Under the pieces are notes generated by a model. That model saw only the letters and a program-made list of their open reading frames with translations, searched no databases and was not told the DNA's origin. This document shows, one piece after another, positions 21,740 to 34,499 of a DNA stretch of 40,927 nucleotides (the first letter of the stretch is position 1; every line of letters starts with the position of its first letter). The position numbers and the translations under genes were made by a program. Source of the DNA: Malacoraja senta (Eukaryota); assembly GCA_038087875.1 (NCBI GenBank), contig JAXLNO010000617.1, positions 62,001 to 102,927 on the forward strand, in the 5' to 3' direction.

Positions 21740-21925
21740 AGTGGGTTTTCTCAGAGATCTTCACTTTCCTCCCACACTCCAAAGATGTGCAGGTTTGTAG
21801 GTTAATTGACTTGGTATAAATGTAACATTGTCCCTAGTGTGTGTAGGATAGTGTTAATGTGCGGGGATCGCTGGTCGGTGCAGACTCGGTGGGCCAAAGG
21901 GCCTATTTCCGCGCTGTGTCCCTAA
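21740..21925 (+). mobile_element. HE1/V-SINE-like SINE, 5'-truncated
   Basis: Matches the 3' half of 9262-9566. Confidence 0.85.
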
Positions 21926-22799
21926 ATGTGAAACTTACCATGTCACATGTAGTGTTCTCCCCGACACTGCCCCTGATACTGTGCCCTTTACCATGGACAT
22001 TGAAACCTTGTGCACAAACAGAAACAGATAGGAGCATACAGGCAGTTCAAATATCTGGAGAAACACACCATGACAAACCAGATACTACTTTAACTGACAA
22101 AGAAATACTTTGAATTAAATGAGACGTACAAGTAAAGGAACAGTAGTGAAGTTTGGCCCAGTTTATGCAACATTTGGCAGAATGGGGAAGACAGTCTTAC
22201 CCTGGCAGACTCTTCCTGCATCAGAGGACCCAGTCTTTGGAGATCCTGGGTGGAAACTAACACTAATTGGTCACCCCTTTAGAAAGGAGCAGAGAGGAGA
22301 GGAAATGGATTCTGGCAACAGACACAAACATACTAAACCAAATATAGATTTAGATCAATTCCAAACAAAGCTACAGTTCCCTGCAACAGCAGCCAACTAG
22401 GATGACTTTAACCAGGGGATGTAACCTGGTCCAAAACAAAGTGCTGGAGGTACTTGGCTGATCAGGCAACATCTACCCGACCACAAAGGGAATGGACAGA
22501 TGCTGTCGTTTCCTGTTGGGACCCTTTCAGACTGATGGAGTCGGGCAGAGAAAGTGGGAAAGAGGTGGGAGCAGGACAAAGCCTGTTATGTGATTAGTGG
22601 ATATAGGGGAGAGGGCGATGGGTTGTGACATTGGCTAGGGGTGACAAGGAGACAAAAGGTGCTACAGATGAGAAGAGTGAAATGTAAAGCTGGAGGGAGG
22701 GATGCGGGTGGAAGGGGATAGAGTGAAATATGAGACTGGTTTGGGAGGTGAGCATACACAGGGAAGGAGCAGAGTGACCAAGGTGTTGAGGGAAGTGTT

Positions 22800-23086
22800 C
22801 ACACCAGGGTGGGGGTGCAGGGAAAGAGGGGGTTCCCATCACCAGGGTAGGGGGGTTGCAGGGAAAGAGGGGGTTCCCATCACCAGGGGGGGGGCAGGGA
22901 AAGAGGGGATTCCCATCACCAGGGTGGGGGATTCAGGGAAAGAGGGGGTTCTCATCACCAGTGTGGGGGGGTGCAGGGGAAGAGGGGGTTCCCATCACCA
23001 GGGTGGGGGGGATGCAGGAAAAGAGGGGGTTCCCATTACCAGGGTGGGGGAGGGGGTGCAGGTAAAGAGGGGGTTCCCATCACCAG
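22800..23086. repeat. G-rich minisatellite, ~35-45-bp unit, ~7 copies
   Basis: gcagggaaagagggggttcccatcaccagggtgggggg repeated. Confidence 0.95.
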
Positions 23087-23136
23087 TATGCTGATTTCCC
23101 ACCTCCATGCCACATTTCCCTTTTATCCTGGGTTAG

Positions 23137-23720
23137 CCTCTACTTCCTGAGAAGATTACGGAGAGTCGGTTTGTCAAGGCTGACTCTCTCTAACTTCTAC
23201 AGGTGCACAGTAGAGAGCATGCTGACCGGTTGCATCGTGGCTTGGTTAAGCAACTTGAGTGCTCTGGAGAGGAAAAGACTACAAAAATTAGTAAACATTG
23301 CCCAGTCCATCATCGGCTCTGACCTTCCTTCCATCGAGGGGATCTATCGCAGTCTCAAAAAGGCTGGCAGTATCATCAAGGACCCACATCATCCTGGGCA
23401 CACACTCATCTCCCCGCTACCTTCAGGTAGAAGGTACAGGAGCCTGAAGACTGCAACGACCAGGTTCAGGAATAGCTACTTCCCCACAGCCATCAGGCTA
23501 TTAAACTTGGCTCGGACAAAACTCTGAACATTAATAGCCCATTATATGTTATTTGCACTTTATCAGTTTATTTATTCATGTGTGTATATATTTATATAAT
23601 GGTATATGAACACTGATCTGTTTTGTAGTCAATGCCTATTATGTTCTGTGTGCTGAAGCAAAGCAAGAATGTCATTGTCCTATCAGGGACACATGACAAT
23701 AAACTCACTTGAACTTGAAC
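23137..23720 (+). mobile_element. Rex1/Babar-type LINE, 3' fragment
   Basis: ORF 23171-23527 is the same family as 11445-12215. Tail (CTTGAA)n. Confidence 0.85.
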
Positions 23721-24697
23721 TATCCCCTCCCATGTCCCATTCACCCATAAACCTCCCTCTGGCTTCATCTTCCACACCTCTACCCTTCTTATCCAACATG
23801 TTTTATCACTTTCACCTCTGGCCTTTGTCACTTATTCCATCCATCTGCCAATCACCCACCCCCACATGCCAGGCTTTGTCCCCCCCCCACTTTCCATCTT
23901 TCTCCCCCTACTCCAGTCTGTAGGTTTCCAACCCAAAATGCCATCTGTCTATTTCCCCCACAGATGCTGCCTGACCCTCAGAGATCCTCCAGCACTTCTG
24001 CACAACATTCCAGCACCCTGAAATACAAGGAACGTGACCACAAAGCAATTAGGAAAGGAGATTGTTAATCTTTCTCAAAAATGTATCCCCATTGAAACCA
24101 CGAGAGGGTTTAAACAACGGCCTTATCTTCATACCATCTCCACAAAGACTAGATTAGAGAGACTTGGTTATAGCAAAATAAAATCGCTTTAATGATTGAA
24201 ATCTCCTGACATCCTTGATCACACGCTCTATCACAAGCAGTACTTGGAACAGCAAGTTGACAAAGCCCATCTATCACAAACCATAGAAAACTGGGGACAT
24301 TAGAAGATCACCAAAGACCTTGGCACATCAACCAGAAACAAGTAGAATAACTGTAGAGGGAGAAACAGCAGCAGGTGAGAACATTCTACATTCACCTCAA
24401 AATATCAAACACTGGGTGGACAGGGCCTGGAAAAATAACTCTAGGCCTAATGTTTCAAGGTCAATAACTCTAGTCCCAAGGTCAGTTTATCGTCACATGT
24501 ACCAATTAAGGAACAGTGAAATGTAAATGTGTCTGCAGTAGTGAATCCTACAGGGTAGAAGAATACATTGACTATTTTCATAATCAAACTGGCACAGCAA
24601 CATGCCAGCTATATCAAAGACAAACTTCACACAAACAGTGAACTCCCTGAATGAGCTGCCCAATGCTGTATCTCTTACTATGGGCATCAAACGTGAC

Positions 24698-24890
24698 CAC
24701 CTGAGTTACTCCAGCACTCTGTGAAACGTCACCTATCCATGTTCCCCACAGATGCTGCCTGACCCGCTGAGTTACAACAGAACATGTGAAACGTCACCTA
24801 TCCATGTTCCCCGCAGATGCTGCCTGACCCGCTGAGTTACTCCAGTACTTTGTGCTTTTGTTTTGTAAATCAGCACCTGCAGTTCCTTGA
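24698..24890 (+). repeat. Tandem Penelope-terminal units (~65 bp)
   Basis: tgtgaaacgtcacctatccatgttcccc.cagatgctgcctgacccgctgagttac occurs twice, plus a partial copy. Confidence 0.7.
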
Positions 24891-25064
24891 TGTTCATCCC
24901 AAATCTTCCCTGGTTTCAGGGTTTTTACTAAATTTGGCATCTGTGCAATGGGTGCATTACGGGGAAAGGTAAAGGGTCACAGAGCAATAAAGAACCATTT
25001 GGCAGCAAAGAGCACAATATCTAATTTGTAGACAGCGCTCCCAATGTGCAGTGAATTCACATAA

Positions 25065-25502
25065 AGGCTCTGTCCCACGGGTTTGCGGTCGTTGGCGGTG
25101 AAGCGCGGCGTCGCCGGAAGAGGGGACCGCACGGCCACCACGAGAGCGCCGCACGGATGCTGCGCAGGGGGCCAAGTACGGCCGGTTAAACGAGCTTGCG
25201 GTTTCGGCTGATGACGTCTTTCGGATCGCGGGGCTGTGGCGGCGGCCGTGCCGCACGCGTACCTCACTCGCGGCGGCTGTGGCGGTGACCGTGCCACACT
25301 CGTGCCTCACTGGCGGCGGCTGTGCGGTAGGAACATATTTTTGGACAGTGTTGTTTTTTTTTTAGCACCGTGCGGTGTTGGGAACAACGCCGCACGGCCC
25401 CGGAATTGTGCGTATGACCGAGCCCGCGGTCTCTGGCGGCCCAGGAGCGGTAGATAATTCCTGTTTCGCCGCCAATGACCGCAGACTCGTGAGAAAGGCC
25501 TT
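25065..25502. mobile_element. PIF/Harbinger-type MITE
   Basis: Imperfect TIRs AGGCTCTGTCCCAC / GTGAGAAAGGCCTT flanked by TAA at 25062-25064 and 25503-25505; GC-rich non-coding interior. A related TIR end (gtgggacaggccct-taa) lies at 33171. Confidence 0.7.
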
Positions 25503-25514
25503 TAACAGGTCGCT

Positions 25515-25655
25515 CAAATTTGTGGTCAACACTCCCACCGTGTGGTGATCCGCTGTACTGCAGGCCCGTCCAATTTGTGGTCAACACTCCCACCGTGTGG
25601 TGATCTGCTGCACTGCAGGCCCATCCAATTTGTGGTCAACACTCCCACCGTGTGG
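25515..25655. repeat. ~55-bp tandem repeat, ~2.6 copies
   Basis: aatttgtggtcaacactcccaccgtgtgg occurs three times. Confidence 0.9.
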
Positions 25656-25656
25656 A

Positions 25657-26253
25657 TTGAGAAAGAACTGCAGATGCTAGAAAAATCGAAGGTTGAAATA
25701 AATGCTGGAGTAACTCAGCGGGTGAGGCAGCAACTATGGAGAGAAGGAATAGGTAACGTTTCAGGTCGAGACCCTTCTTCAGACTGATGTCAAGGTGGGG
25801 GGCGGAAAAAAGGAAGGAAAAGGCAGAGACATTAGGCTGTGGGAGAGCTGGGAAGGGGAGGGGAAGGAGGGAGAAAGCAAGGACTACCTGAAATTGGAGA
25901 ATGGGAAGATGAGGCCAGTGGGGGGATCCCGTTGGAGGTGGCGAAAATGTTGGAGGATTATCTGTTGTATGTGGCGGCTGGTAGGGTGCAAGGTTAGGAC
26001 ATGGGGGACTGTGTCCTTGTTACGAATAGGGGGATGGGGAGTATGAGCGGACCTGCGGGATATAGAAGAGACCCTGATAAGAACCTCATCTATAGTTGAA
26101 GAGGGGAACCCCCAGTCCCTAATGAATGAGGACATCTCCGATGCCCTGGTTTGGAACACTTCATCCTGGGCGCAGATGTGGCCAGTGTACTCCAGATAGC
26201 CATGGGCATCAGTGGGTTTGTAGTAGATGTCGGTCAGTAGTCTGTTACCTGTG
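25657..26253 (-). mobile_element. Penelope-like element: RT C-terminal fragment plus terminal region
   Basis: TDIYYKPTDAHGYL...ICAQDEVF...EMSSF...VLTLHPTS is typical of the Penelope RT thumb/linker. The terminal region has CTGAAGA...GAAAC. Confidence 0.8.
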
Positions 26254-27856
26254 ATAGGCAATAGACAATAGACGCCATGGTAGGTCATTCGGCCCTTCGA
26301 GCCAGCACCGCCATTAATGTGATCATGGCTGATCATCCCCAATCAGTACCCCGTTCCTGCCTTCTCTCCATATCCCCTGACTCCGCTATCTTTAAGAGCC
26401 CTATCTAGCTCTCTCTTGAAAGTATCCAGAGAACTGGCCTCCACTGCCCTCTGAGGCAGAGAATTCCACAGACTCACCACTCTCTGTGAGAATAAGTGTT
26501 TCATCGTCTCCATTCTAAATGGCTTACCCCTTATTCTTACACTGTGGCCCCTGGTTCTGGGCTCCCCCGACATCGGGAACATGTTTGCTGCCTCTAGCGT
26601 GTCCAAACACCTTAACAATCTTATATGTTTCAATTAGATCCCCTCTCATCCTAAACTCCAGAGTATACAAGCCCAGCCGCTCCATTCTCTCAGCATATGA
26701 TAGTCCCGCCATCCCGGGAATTAACCTTGTAAACCTACGCTGCACTCACTCAATAGCAAGAATGTCCTTCCTCAAATTAGGGGACCAAAACTCCACACAA
26801 TACTCCAGATGTGGTCTCACTTGAGCTCTGTACAACTGCAGAAGGACCTCTTTGCTCCTATATTCGATTCCTCTTGTTATAAAGGCCAACATTGCATTCG
26901 CTTTCTTCACTGCCTGCTGTACCTACATGCTTACTTTCATAGACTGATGAACAAGGACCCCCCCCCCCAGATCCCGTTGTACTTCCGCTTTTCCCAACTT
27001 GACGCCATTTAGATAATAATCTGCCTTCCTATTTTTTATACCTAAGTGGATAACCTCACATTTATCCACATTAAACTTCATCTGCCATGCATCTGCCCAC
27101 TCCCCCAACCTGTCCATAGCATCCTCCTCACAGTTCACACTGCCACCCAGCTTTGTGTCATCTGCAAATTTGCTAATGTTACTTTGAATCCCTTCATCCA
27201 AATCATTGATGTATATTGTAAATAGCTGCGGTACCAGACCGAGCCTTGCGGTACCCCACTAGTCACTGCCTGCCATTCTGAAAGGGACCCATTAATCCCT
27301 ACTCTTTGTTTCCTCTCTGCCAATCTCTTCTCTATCCATGTCAGCACTCTACCCCCAATACCATTTGCCCTAATTTTGCCCACTAATCTCCTATGTGGGA
27401 CCTTATCAAATGCTTTCTGAAAGTCCAGGTGCACTACATCCACTGGCTCTCCCTTGTCCGTTTTCCTAGTTACATCCTCAAAAAATTCCAGAAGATTAGT
27501 CAAGCATGATTTCCCCTTCGTAAATCCATGCCGACTCGGACCGATCCTGTTACTGCTATCCAAATGTGCAGCTATTTCATCTTTTATAATTGACTCCAGC
27601 ATCTTCCCCACCACCGATGTCAGGCTAACAGGTCCATAATTCCCTGTTTTCACTCTCCCGCCTTTCTTAAAAAGTGGGATAACATTAGTTACCCTCCATC
27701 CACAGGAACTGATCCTGAGTCTATAGAACATTGGAAAATTATCACCAATGCATCCACGATTTCTGGAGCCACTTCCTTAAGTACCCTGGGATGCAGACCA
27801 TCAGGCCCTGGGGATTTATCAGCCTTCAGTCCCATCAGTCTATCCAACCATTTCAT

Positions 27857-30340
27857 ATAACCATATAACCATAACAGCACGGAAACAGGCCATCTCGGCC
27901 CTTCAAGTCCGTGCCGAACATTTAATTTTTTTTTTTTTAATTAAAAATAAATACTTCCCCCTAGTCCCATCTACCTGCACTCAGACCATAACCCTCCATT
28001 CCTTTCCCGTCCATATACACATCCAATCTATTTTTAAAGGATAACATCGAACCTGCCTCCACCACTTCCACTGGAAGCTCATTCCACACAGCTACCACTC
28101 TCTGAGTAAAGAAGTTCCCCCTAATGTTCCCCCTAAACTTCTGTCCCTTAATTCTCAAGTCATGTCCCCTTGTTTGAATCTTCCCTACTCTCAATGGGAA
28201 AAGCTTATCCACGTCCACTCTGTCTAACCCGCTCATAATTTTAAAGACCTCTATCAAGTCCCCTCTTAACCTTCTGCGCTCCAAAGAATAAAGACCTAAC
28301 TTGTTCAACCTTTCTCTGTAACTTAGTTGCTGAAACCCAGGCAACATTCTAGTAAATCTCCTCTGTACTCTCTCTATTTTGTTGACATCCTTCCTATAAT
28401 TAGGCGACCAAAATTGTACTCCATACTCCAGAATTGGCCTCACCAATGCCTTGTACAATTTTAACATTACATCCCAACTTCTATATTCAAAGCTCTGATT
28501 TATAAAGGCCAGCACACCAAAAGCTTTCTTTACCACCCTATCTACATGAGATTCCACCTTCAGGGAACTATGCACAGTTATTCCTAGATCCCTCTGTTCA
28601 ACTGCATTCCTCAATTCGCTACCATTTACCGTGTACGTCCTATTTTGATTTGTCCTGCCGAGATGTAGCACCTCACATTTGTCAGCATTAAACTCCATCT
28701 GCCATCTTTCAGCCCACCCTTCCAAATGGCCTAAATCTCTCTGTAGACTTTGAAAATCTACTTCATTATCCACAACACCACCTATCTTAGTATCATCTGC
28801 ATACTTACTAATCCAATTTTCCACACCTTCATCCAGATCATTGATGTACATGACAAACAACAGTGGACCCAACACAGACCCCTGATGCACGCCACTAGTC
28901 ACCGGCCTCCAACCTGACAAACAGCCATCCACCATTACTCTCTGGCATCTCCCATTCAGCCACTGTTGAATCCATCTTGCTACTCCACCATTAATACCAA
29001 ACAATTGAATCTTCTTAACCAACCTTCCATGAGGAACCTTGTCAAAGGCCTTACTGAAGTCCATATAGACAACATCCACTGCTTTACCCCCATCAATTTC
29101 CCTAGTAACCTCTTCGAAACATTCAAGAAGATTAGTCAAGCATGACCTTCCAGGCACAAATCCATGTTGACTGTTCATAATCAGACCCTGCTTATCCAGA
29201 TGCTTATATATATTATCTTTAAGTATCCTTTCCATTAATTTGCCCACCACTGACGTCAAACTAACAGGTCTATAATTGCTAGGTTTACTCTTCGAACCCG
29301 TTTTAAACAACGGAACAACATGCGCAGTACGCCAATCCTCCGGCACTATTCCCGTTTCTAATGACATTTGAAATATTTCTGTCATAGCCCCTGCTATTTC
29401 TACACTAACTTCCCTCAATGTCCTAGGGAATATCCTGTCAGGACCTGGAGACTTATCCGTTTTCATATTTTTCAAAAGTGTCCGCACCTCCTCTTCTTTG
29501 AATCTCACAGTTTCCATTGCTACTCTGCTCGTTTCCCTTACCTCACATAATTCCATATCCTTCTCCTTCGTGAATACCGAAGAAAAGAAATTGTTCAATA
29601 TCTCCCCCATCTCTTTTGGCTCTGCAGATAGCTGTCCACTCTGACTCTCTAATGGACCGATTTTATTCCTTGTTATCCTTTTGCTATTAATATAGCTGTA
29701 GAAACCCTTTGGATTTACTTTCACCTTACTTGCCAAAGCAACCTCATATCTTCTTTTAGCTTTTCTAATTTCTTTCTTAATATTCTTTTTACATTCTTTA
29801 TACTCCTCAAGCACCTCATTTACTCCATGCTGCCTATAATTATTGTAGATCTCTCTCTTTTTCAGAACCTAGAGTCCAATTTCCCTTGAAAATCATGGCT
29901 CTTTCCATTTTTTACTATTTCCTTTCAACCGAACAGGGACATAAAGATTCTGTACTCTTAAAATGTCACCCTTAAATGTCCTCCATTTTTCTTCTACATC
30001 CTTCCCATAAAACAACATGTCCCAATTCACTCCTTTTAAATCCTTTCGCATCTCCTCAAAGTTAGCCTTTCTCCAAACAAAAATCTGAACCCTAGGTCCA
30101 GTTCTGACCCTCTCCATAATTATATTGAAACTAATGGTATTGTGATCACTGGACCCGAAGTGCTCCCCGACGCATACCTCCGCCACCTGCCCTGTCTCAT
30201 TTCCTAACAGGAGGTCCAGCACTGCACCTTCTCTAGTAGGTACCTCTATGTATTGCTGCAAAAAACTATCTTGCACACATTTTACCAACTCCAAACCATC
30301 CAGCCCTTTTACAGAATGTGTTTCCCAGTCTATGTGTGGA
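27857..30340 (-). mobile_element. CR1 LINE of a second subfamily, nested, 5'-truncated
   Basis: Open 617-aa ORF 27961-29814 (NYRPVSLTS, QHGF, YADD) and endonuclease C-terminus 29893-30294 (FGSSDHN). Tail (GGTTATAT)n. Confidence 0.95.
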
Positions 30341-30639
30341 TTGCCTAATGTGGATTTCCTCCAGTTCCTCTGTCACCCCAGATCCTCTGGCCACTACTAT
30401 ATCAGGAAGATTGTTTGTGTCCTCCTTAGTGAAGACAGATCCAAAGTACCTGTTCAACTCATCTGCCATTTCCTTGTTCCCCATAATAAATTCAACTTTT
30501 TCGGTCTTCAAGGGTCCAACTTTGGTCTTCACTAATTTTTTCCTCTTCCCATACCTAAAGAAGCTTTTACTATCTTGCTTTATATTCTTGGCTAGCTTAC
30601 CTTCGTACCTCATCTTTTCTCCCCGTATCTTCTGTTGTT

Positions 30640-31452
30640 CTTTAAACATTAAAGATGGCGGATGTGCAGGAGTGGGCGCCGTTTGTATGGCCGCCTGCCT
30701 GCAGTCCGTCCTCTAACTCTTTTATTGTCTGAACATTTATTTTTTGGAGTCTATTCTTTCTATGTGGGGGGGGGGGAACTGTTTTAACCCCAGTCCTACC
30801 TGGTCAGAGATACGGTTTTCCTCCAAATCGCGTCTCCGGTCTCCCCATGCGGCCTTCCATCGGGCTGGAACGGCGTTTCCTGCCGGGGACCACAGCTTCG
30901 GCGGCACAGCGCTGGGACATCAGCAGGGAGCGGGCGATGCCTTGCCGGGTCGCCGCTCCGGAGTGCTGTGGCCGCCGACCACCAACATCGGGCAGCCGCA
31001 GTCTGCGGTCTGCGGTTTGAGGGCGACACCGCGGAGTCGAGGCTCCAACCGGCGCGGCCTGAAATCCACGGGCGTCGCAGTCTCTGGGGAAGGAGCGGCC
31101 GCTCCAGACATTTCCAAGCTGCTGAGGACTTTTCCACCCGATGCGGGTGGGCAAACAACATCGGGCTGCCGTTGCGGCGACTGGCTGCAGTGGCCTCAAA
31201 CTGGCCCCGACCTCGCGTGGACTAGGAGGAGGAGGAGGACTGGACATTTTGGTGCCTTCCCTCACAGTGGAGAGTGGAGATTCTACTGTGGGGGGATGTT
31301 CGTGTTTGTGTAAAATCTCTTATAGTGTGTTGTCATTTTTTCTATCTCTTTTTATTATTTGTATGGTTAGTAACTGTAAAGCACTTTGGCTTTTGATTCA
31401 AATCAATTGGAAAATGTGCTATATAAATAAACTTATTATTATTATTATTATT
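30640..31452 (+). mobile_element. Non-coding retroposon with GC-rich 5' part and L2-like 3' tail
   Basis: Interrupts the CR1 in the opposite orientation. Begins near AAGATGGCGG and ends tgtaaagcactttg...gtgctatataaataaac(TTA)n. Confidence 0.6.
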
Positions 31453-31925
31453 ACCCAATCCTCTTGCTTCCCGCTAATCTTTGCTACATTGTACTTCTTC
31501 GCTTTAATTTTTATACTGTCCCTGACGTGCCTTGTCAGCCATGGTCGTCCCTTTCTCCCCTTGGAATCATTCTTCCTCTGAGGAATGAACTGATCCGGCA
31601 CCTTCTGTATTATTCCTAGAAACACCTGCCATTTTTGTTCCACTGTCATCCCTGCTAGTGCATCTTTCCAGTCAACTTTGGCCAGCTCCTCCCTCATGGC
31701 CCCATAGTCCCCTTTATTCAACTGCAACACTGACACCTCCGATCTACTCTTCTCCCTCTCCAATTGTAGATTAAACCTGACCATGTTATGGTCACTGCCT
31801 CCTAATGGCTCATTAACCTCGAGGTCCTTTATCAAATCCGGTTCATTACATAACACTAAATCCAGAATTGCCCCACTGCAAACGGTTGTTGGTGGTGGTA
31901 ACTGCTTTGAAATGAAGTGGTAGGT

Positions 31926-32068
31926 AACTGCACTTGAATTCGGTGGCCTTGCACCCTGCTTGAAATGGCATGAAACTGCATTTGAATTTGGTGGCCTTGC
32001 ACCCTGCTTGAAATGGCATGAAACTGCATTTGAATTTGGTGGCCTTGCACCCTGCTTGAAATGGAATT
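31926..32068. repeat. 48-bp tandem repeat, 3 copies
   Basis: ctgcatttgaatttggtggccttgcaccctgcttgaaatggcatgaaa starts at 31928, 31976 and 32024. Confidence 0.9.
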
Positions 32069-34499
32069 TCAAGGATTAGCCGTGAGTCAACTGCTCGCCC
32101 ACCAACCGTGAGTGAGCTGCCAGCACATCAGGCTTGAGTGACCGAGCTGTCACCCCAAGAATCCATTTGGCCCACAGCGGAGGGTATTGGCTAGGCGCAG
32201 GTCTGGTTCCTGTGGCTTTCTCAGCAGAGGGCCCATGTTTGTCATTAAACAGGTCAGGGGGTATTCTTGTAACGTTTTTAAAGCGGACAAATCCTCCTCA
32301 TGTAGCACATTTATTAGGTTCTCATACTATCCAAGCCTGAATCTTCTTTGCAAGAGGGGCTTCACCCACTGAGACCTCTTCTTGTGCTTCCTCTTCACCC
32401 TTGTTCTTGCCCATCTGCCTAGGCTGCAGAAGCAAAAGGCCTGCTGCAAACAGCAGGAGTTGTATTTTTACTGCCATCGCGGATTAGGTGGCCCAAGTGG
32501 GACAGCGCCTTTAGTCAGCCACAGTCGCCTCATTCTTCCCTCAGAATCTTTCTTCCTCTCTGGGATAAAAAGATCCTGCAACTTCCAAATTATTCTCAGA
32601 AACTTCTGCCATTGCTGTTCCACAATCATTATTGCTTGGAGCACTCAAGAATAGCCACCTTCTTACTTATCCCTCTACAGTTACCTTGACTCTACAGTAA
32701 TGCTGTCACATCTGATTTCTTCTTCTCAAACTGCAGGTTGAATTTTATCATATTATGTCACAAATTCTCAGGGGTTCCTTTACCTCAAGCTCCATAATCA
32801 AATCCAGTTCTTGCACAACACCGAATCCAGAATTGCCTTTTCCCTGGTAGGCTCATCCACAAGCCGCTCTAAGAAGCCATCTTGCAGGCACACTACAAAT
32901 TCCTTCTCTTAGGATCCAGTACCAGCCTGATTTTCCCAGTCTACCTGCATATTGAAATTCCCTGTAACATGGCCTTTCCTACATGCTGATTGTATCTCCT
33001 GCTGTAATTTGTACTCTTCATCCTGACTCGTGAGCGTCACATCAGTGGTACGGAAGGTATTGAAGAGGATTCTTCAAGATAGGATTTACTCCCATTTGGA
33101 AGAAAATGGGCTAATTAGGGATAGCCAGCATGGCTTTTTACATGGCTGGTCGTCTTAGTAACTTGTTTGAGTGGGACAGGCCCTTAAGAGTGCAAAAGAG
33201 CAGAGAGACCATCTCTGCTCATACTATAACTCAGCACTGGGCAGTGCCGTGGCAGAACTAAGTCATTTGAGGGACAGCAGACAACAGGTACACCAGTGCA
33301 TGTGGAGAACCCACATGCAGACAAGATCAGTGAATGCTATGTTTAGTTTAAATCCTGCTGACTTTGTTTGATTTCAGTTTAAGTGTGGATTTTTATTTTC
33401 ATTTTTGTGTAAATAATTTCACTGCAGATGTCTGTTCATAAAGTAGTATTGATCATGCATCTGCTGGTCTGATTAGTGTAGGTAGATCTGCAAACATAGC
33501 CCTTGAATTCATTGCATTTACTGTTTTATTGTCAGAATGTAGGCTGGTACTTCATTTGTCAGCTGAATGATAAGAAATACTGGAAAAACTTCTTTGTGTT
33601 TCATTTGCTAATTGAAGTACGGTAAGGCCTATTGCAAACCACCGTTGTTTGCTGTGGTGCTCCATTTATCAAGATGTGTACAATGGCCTTTATATATTGA
33701 ACAAGATGAATAAAGACTGTTTTCACATTCACAGTGCAGTTGTCTTATTTTCTGAGGTAAAGTTGTTTTACATTTAAAAGGCACAGCAAATGATTGTGAG
33801 ATGTAAGATGTGAGTAGATCGCATCCTCTATTTGGTGTTTCATGATGAAGGAAATAGTACATTAAAGTCATGATACTATGGAATATATAAAATGAAGACT
33901 TGCAGACATCAATTTTATTTTGAGAACATAGAACTCTCTTTTATTGTGTACAAAAGTAAGCAAACGGTGAGAATCACATGGATTCTTTAAAAGGTGTTTA
34001 ACTATCACCCACTACAAAATGTGGGAGTATGCAAACAAAATGAAAACTATCTCAAACAGGGAAAAAACACCATTAACATACAAATAAGAATCTACATCAA
34101 AGGGTAAACTTTACTACAGACCCATGTCTCTGAGCCTCTCTCTCTCCCTTCATCCACTGCTGTTTCTGTTTCACGGAGACAGCTGTCTCCTTATATCCAG
34201 ATGCCAATGCAGTTAAGGCTGTTACAGCAGGCTGCAGATGTGTGAAAGTGAGTAGGGTCTCTGGAAAAGAATTAGGAAGTACATGTTAAAAGCTTTTTAG
34301 CAGACCATTAAAACGTGCAGTTGGGTTATTCCGGATTTTACTGTAAACTTTATGAAAATGTATTATCTTTTAGGGCAAATCACATGAACTATTCTTGCAT
34401 CACATCACTCAAGGAAGATAATTAGTTTAATGGCCTTATGCAGTTGTGAATGACAATAATTTAAACTACAATCTAACACAAAATAATACGCTTTGAATT

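Larger units (their letters stand above)
26256..31877 (-). mobile_element. CR1 LINE (host copy) split by two later insertions
   Basis: Colinear ORF2 pieces at 26256-27856 (RT and tail), 30341-30636 and 31453-31877 (endonuclease end, PLGGSDHN), with frameshifts. Confidence 0.85.

Noticed and set aside
21940..24470. A-rich coding-like segments (21940-22420, 24010-24470), possibly retroviral relics
   Set aside because: No diagnostic motif recognised; this would need a translated homology search.
24957..25593. Overlapping GC-rich ORFs (likewise at 30744-31313)
   Set aside because: They fall within GC-rich non-autonomous elements, are open in several frames and show no protein motifs.
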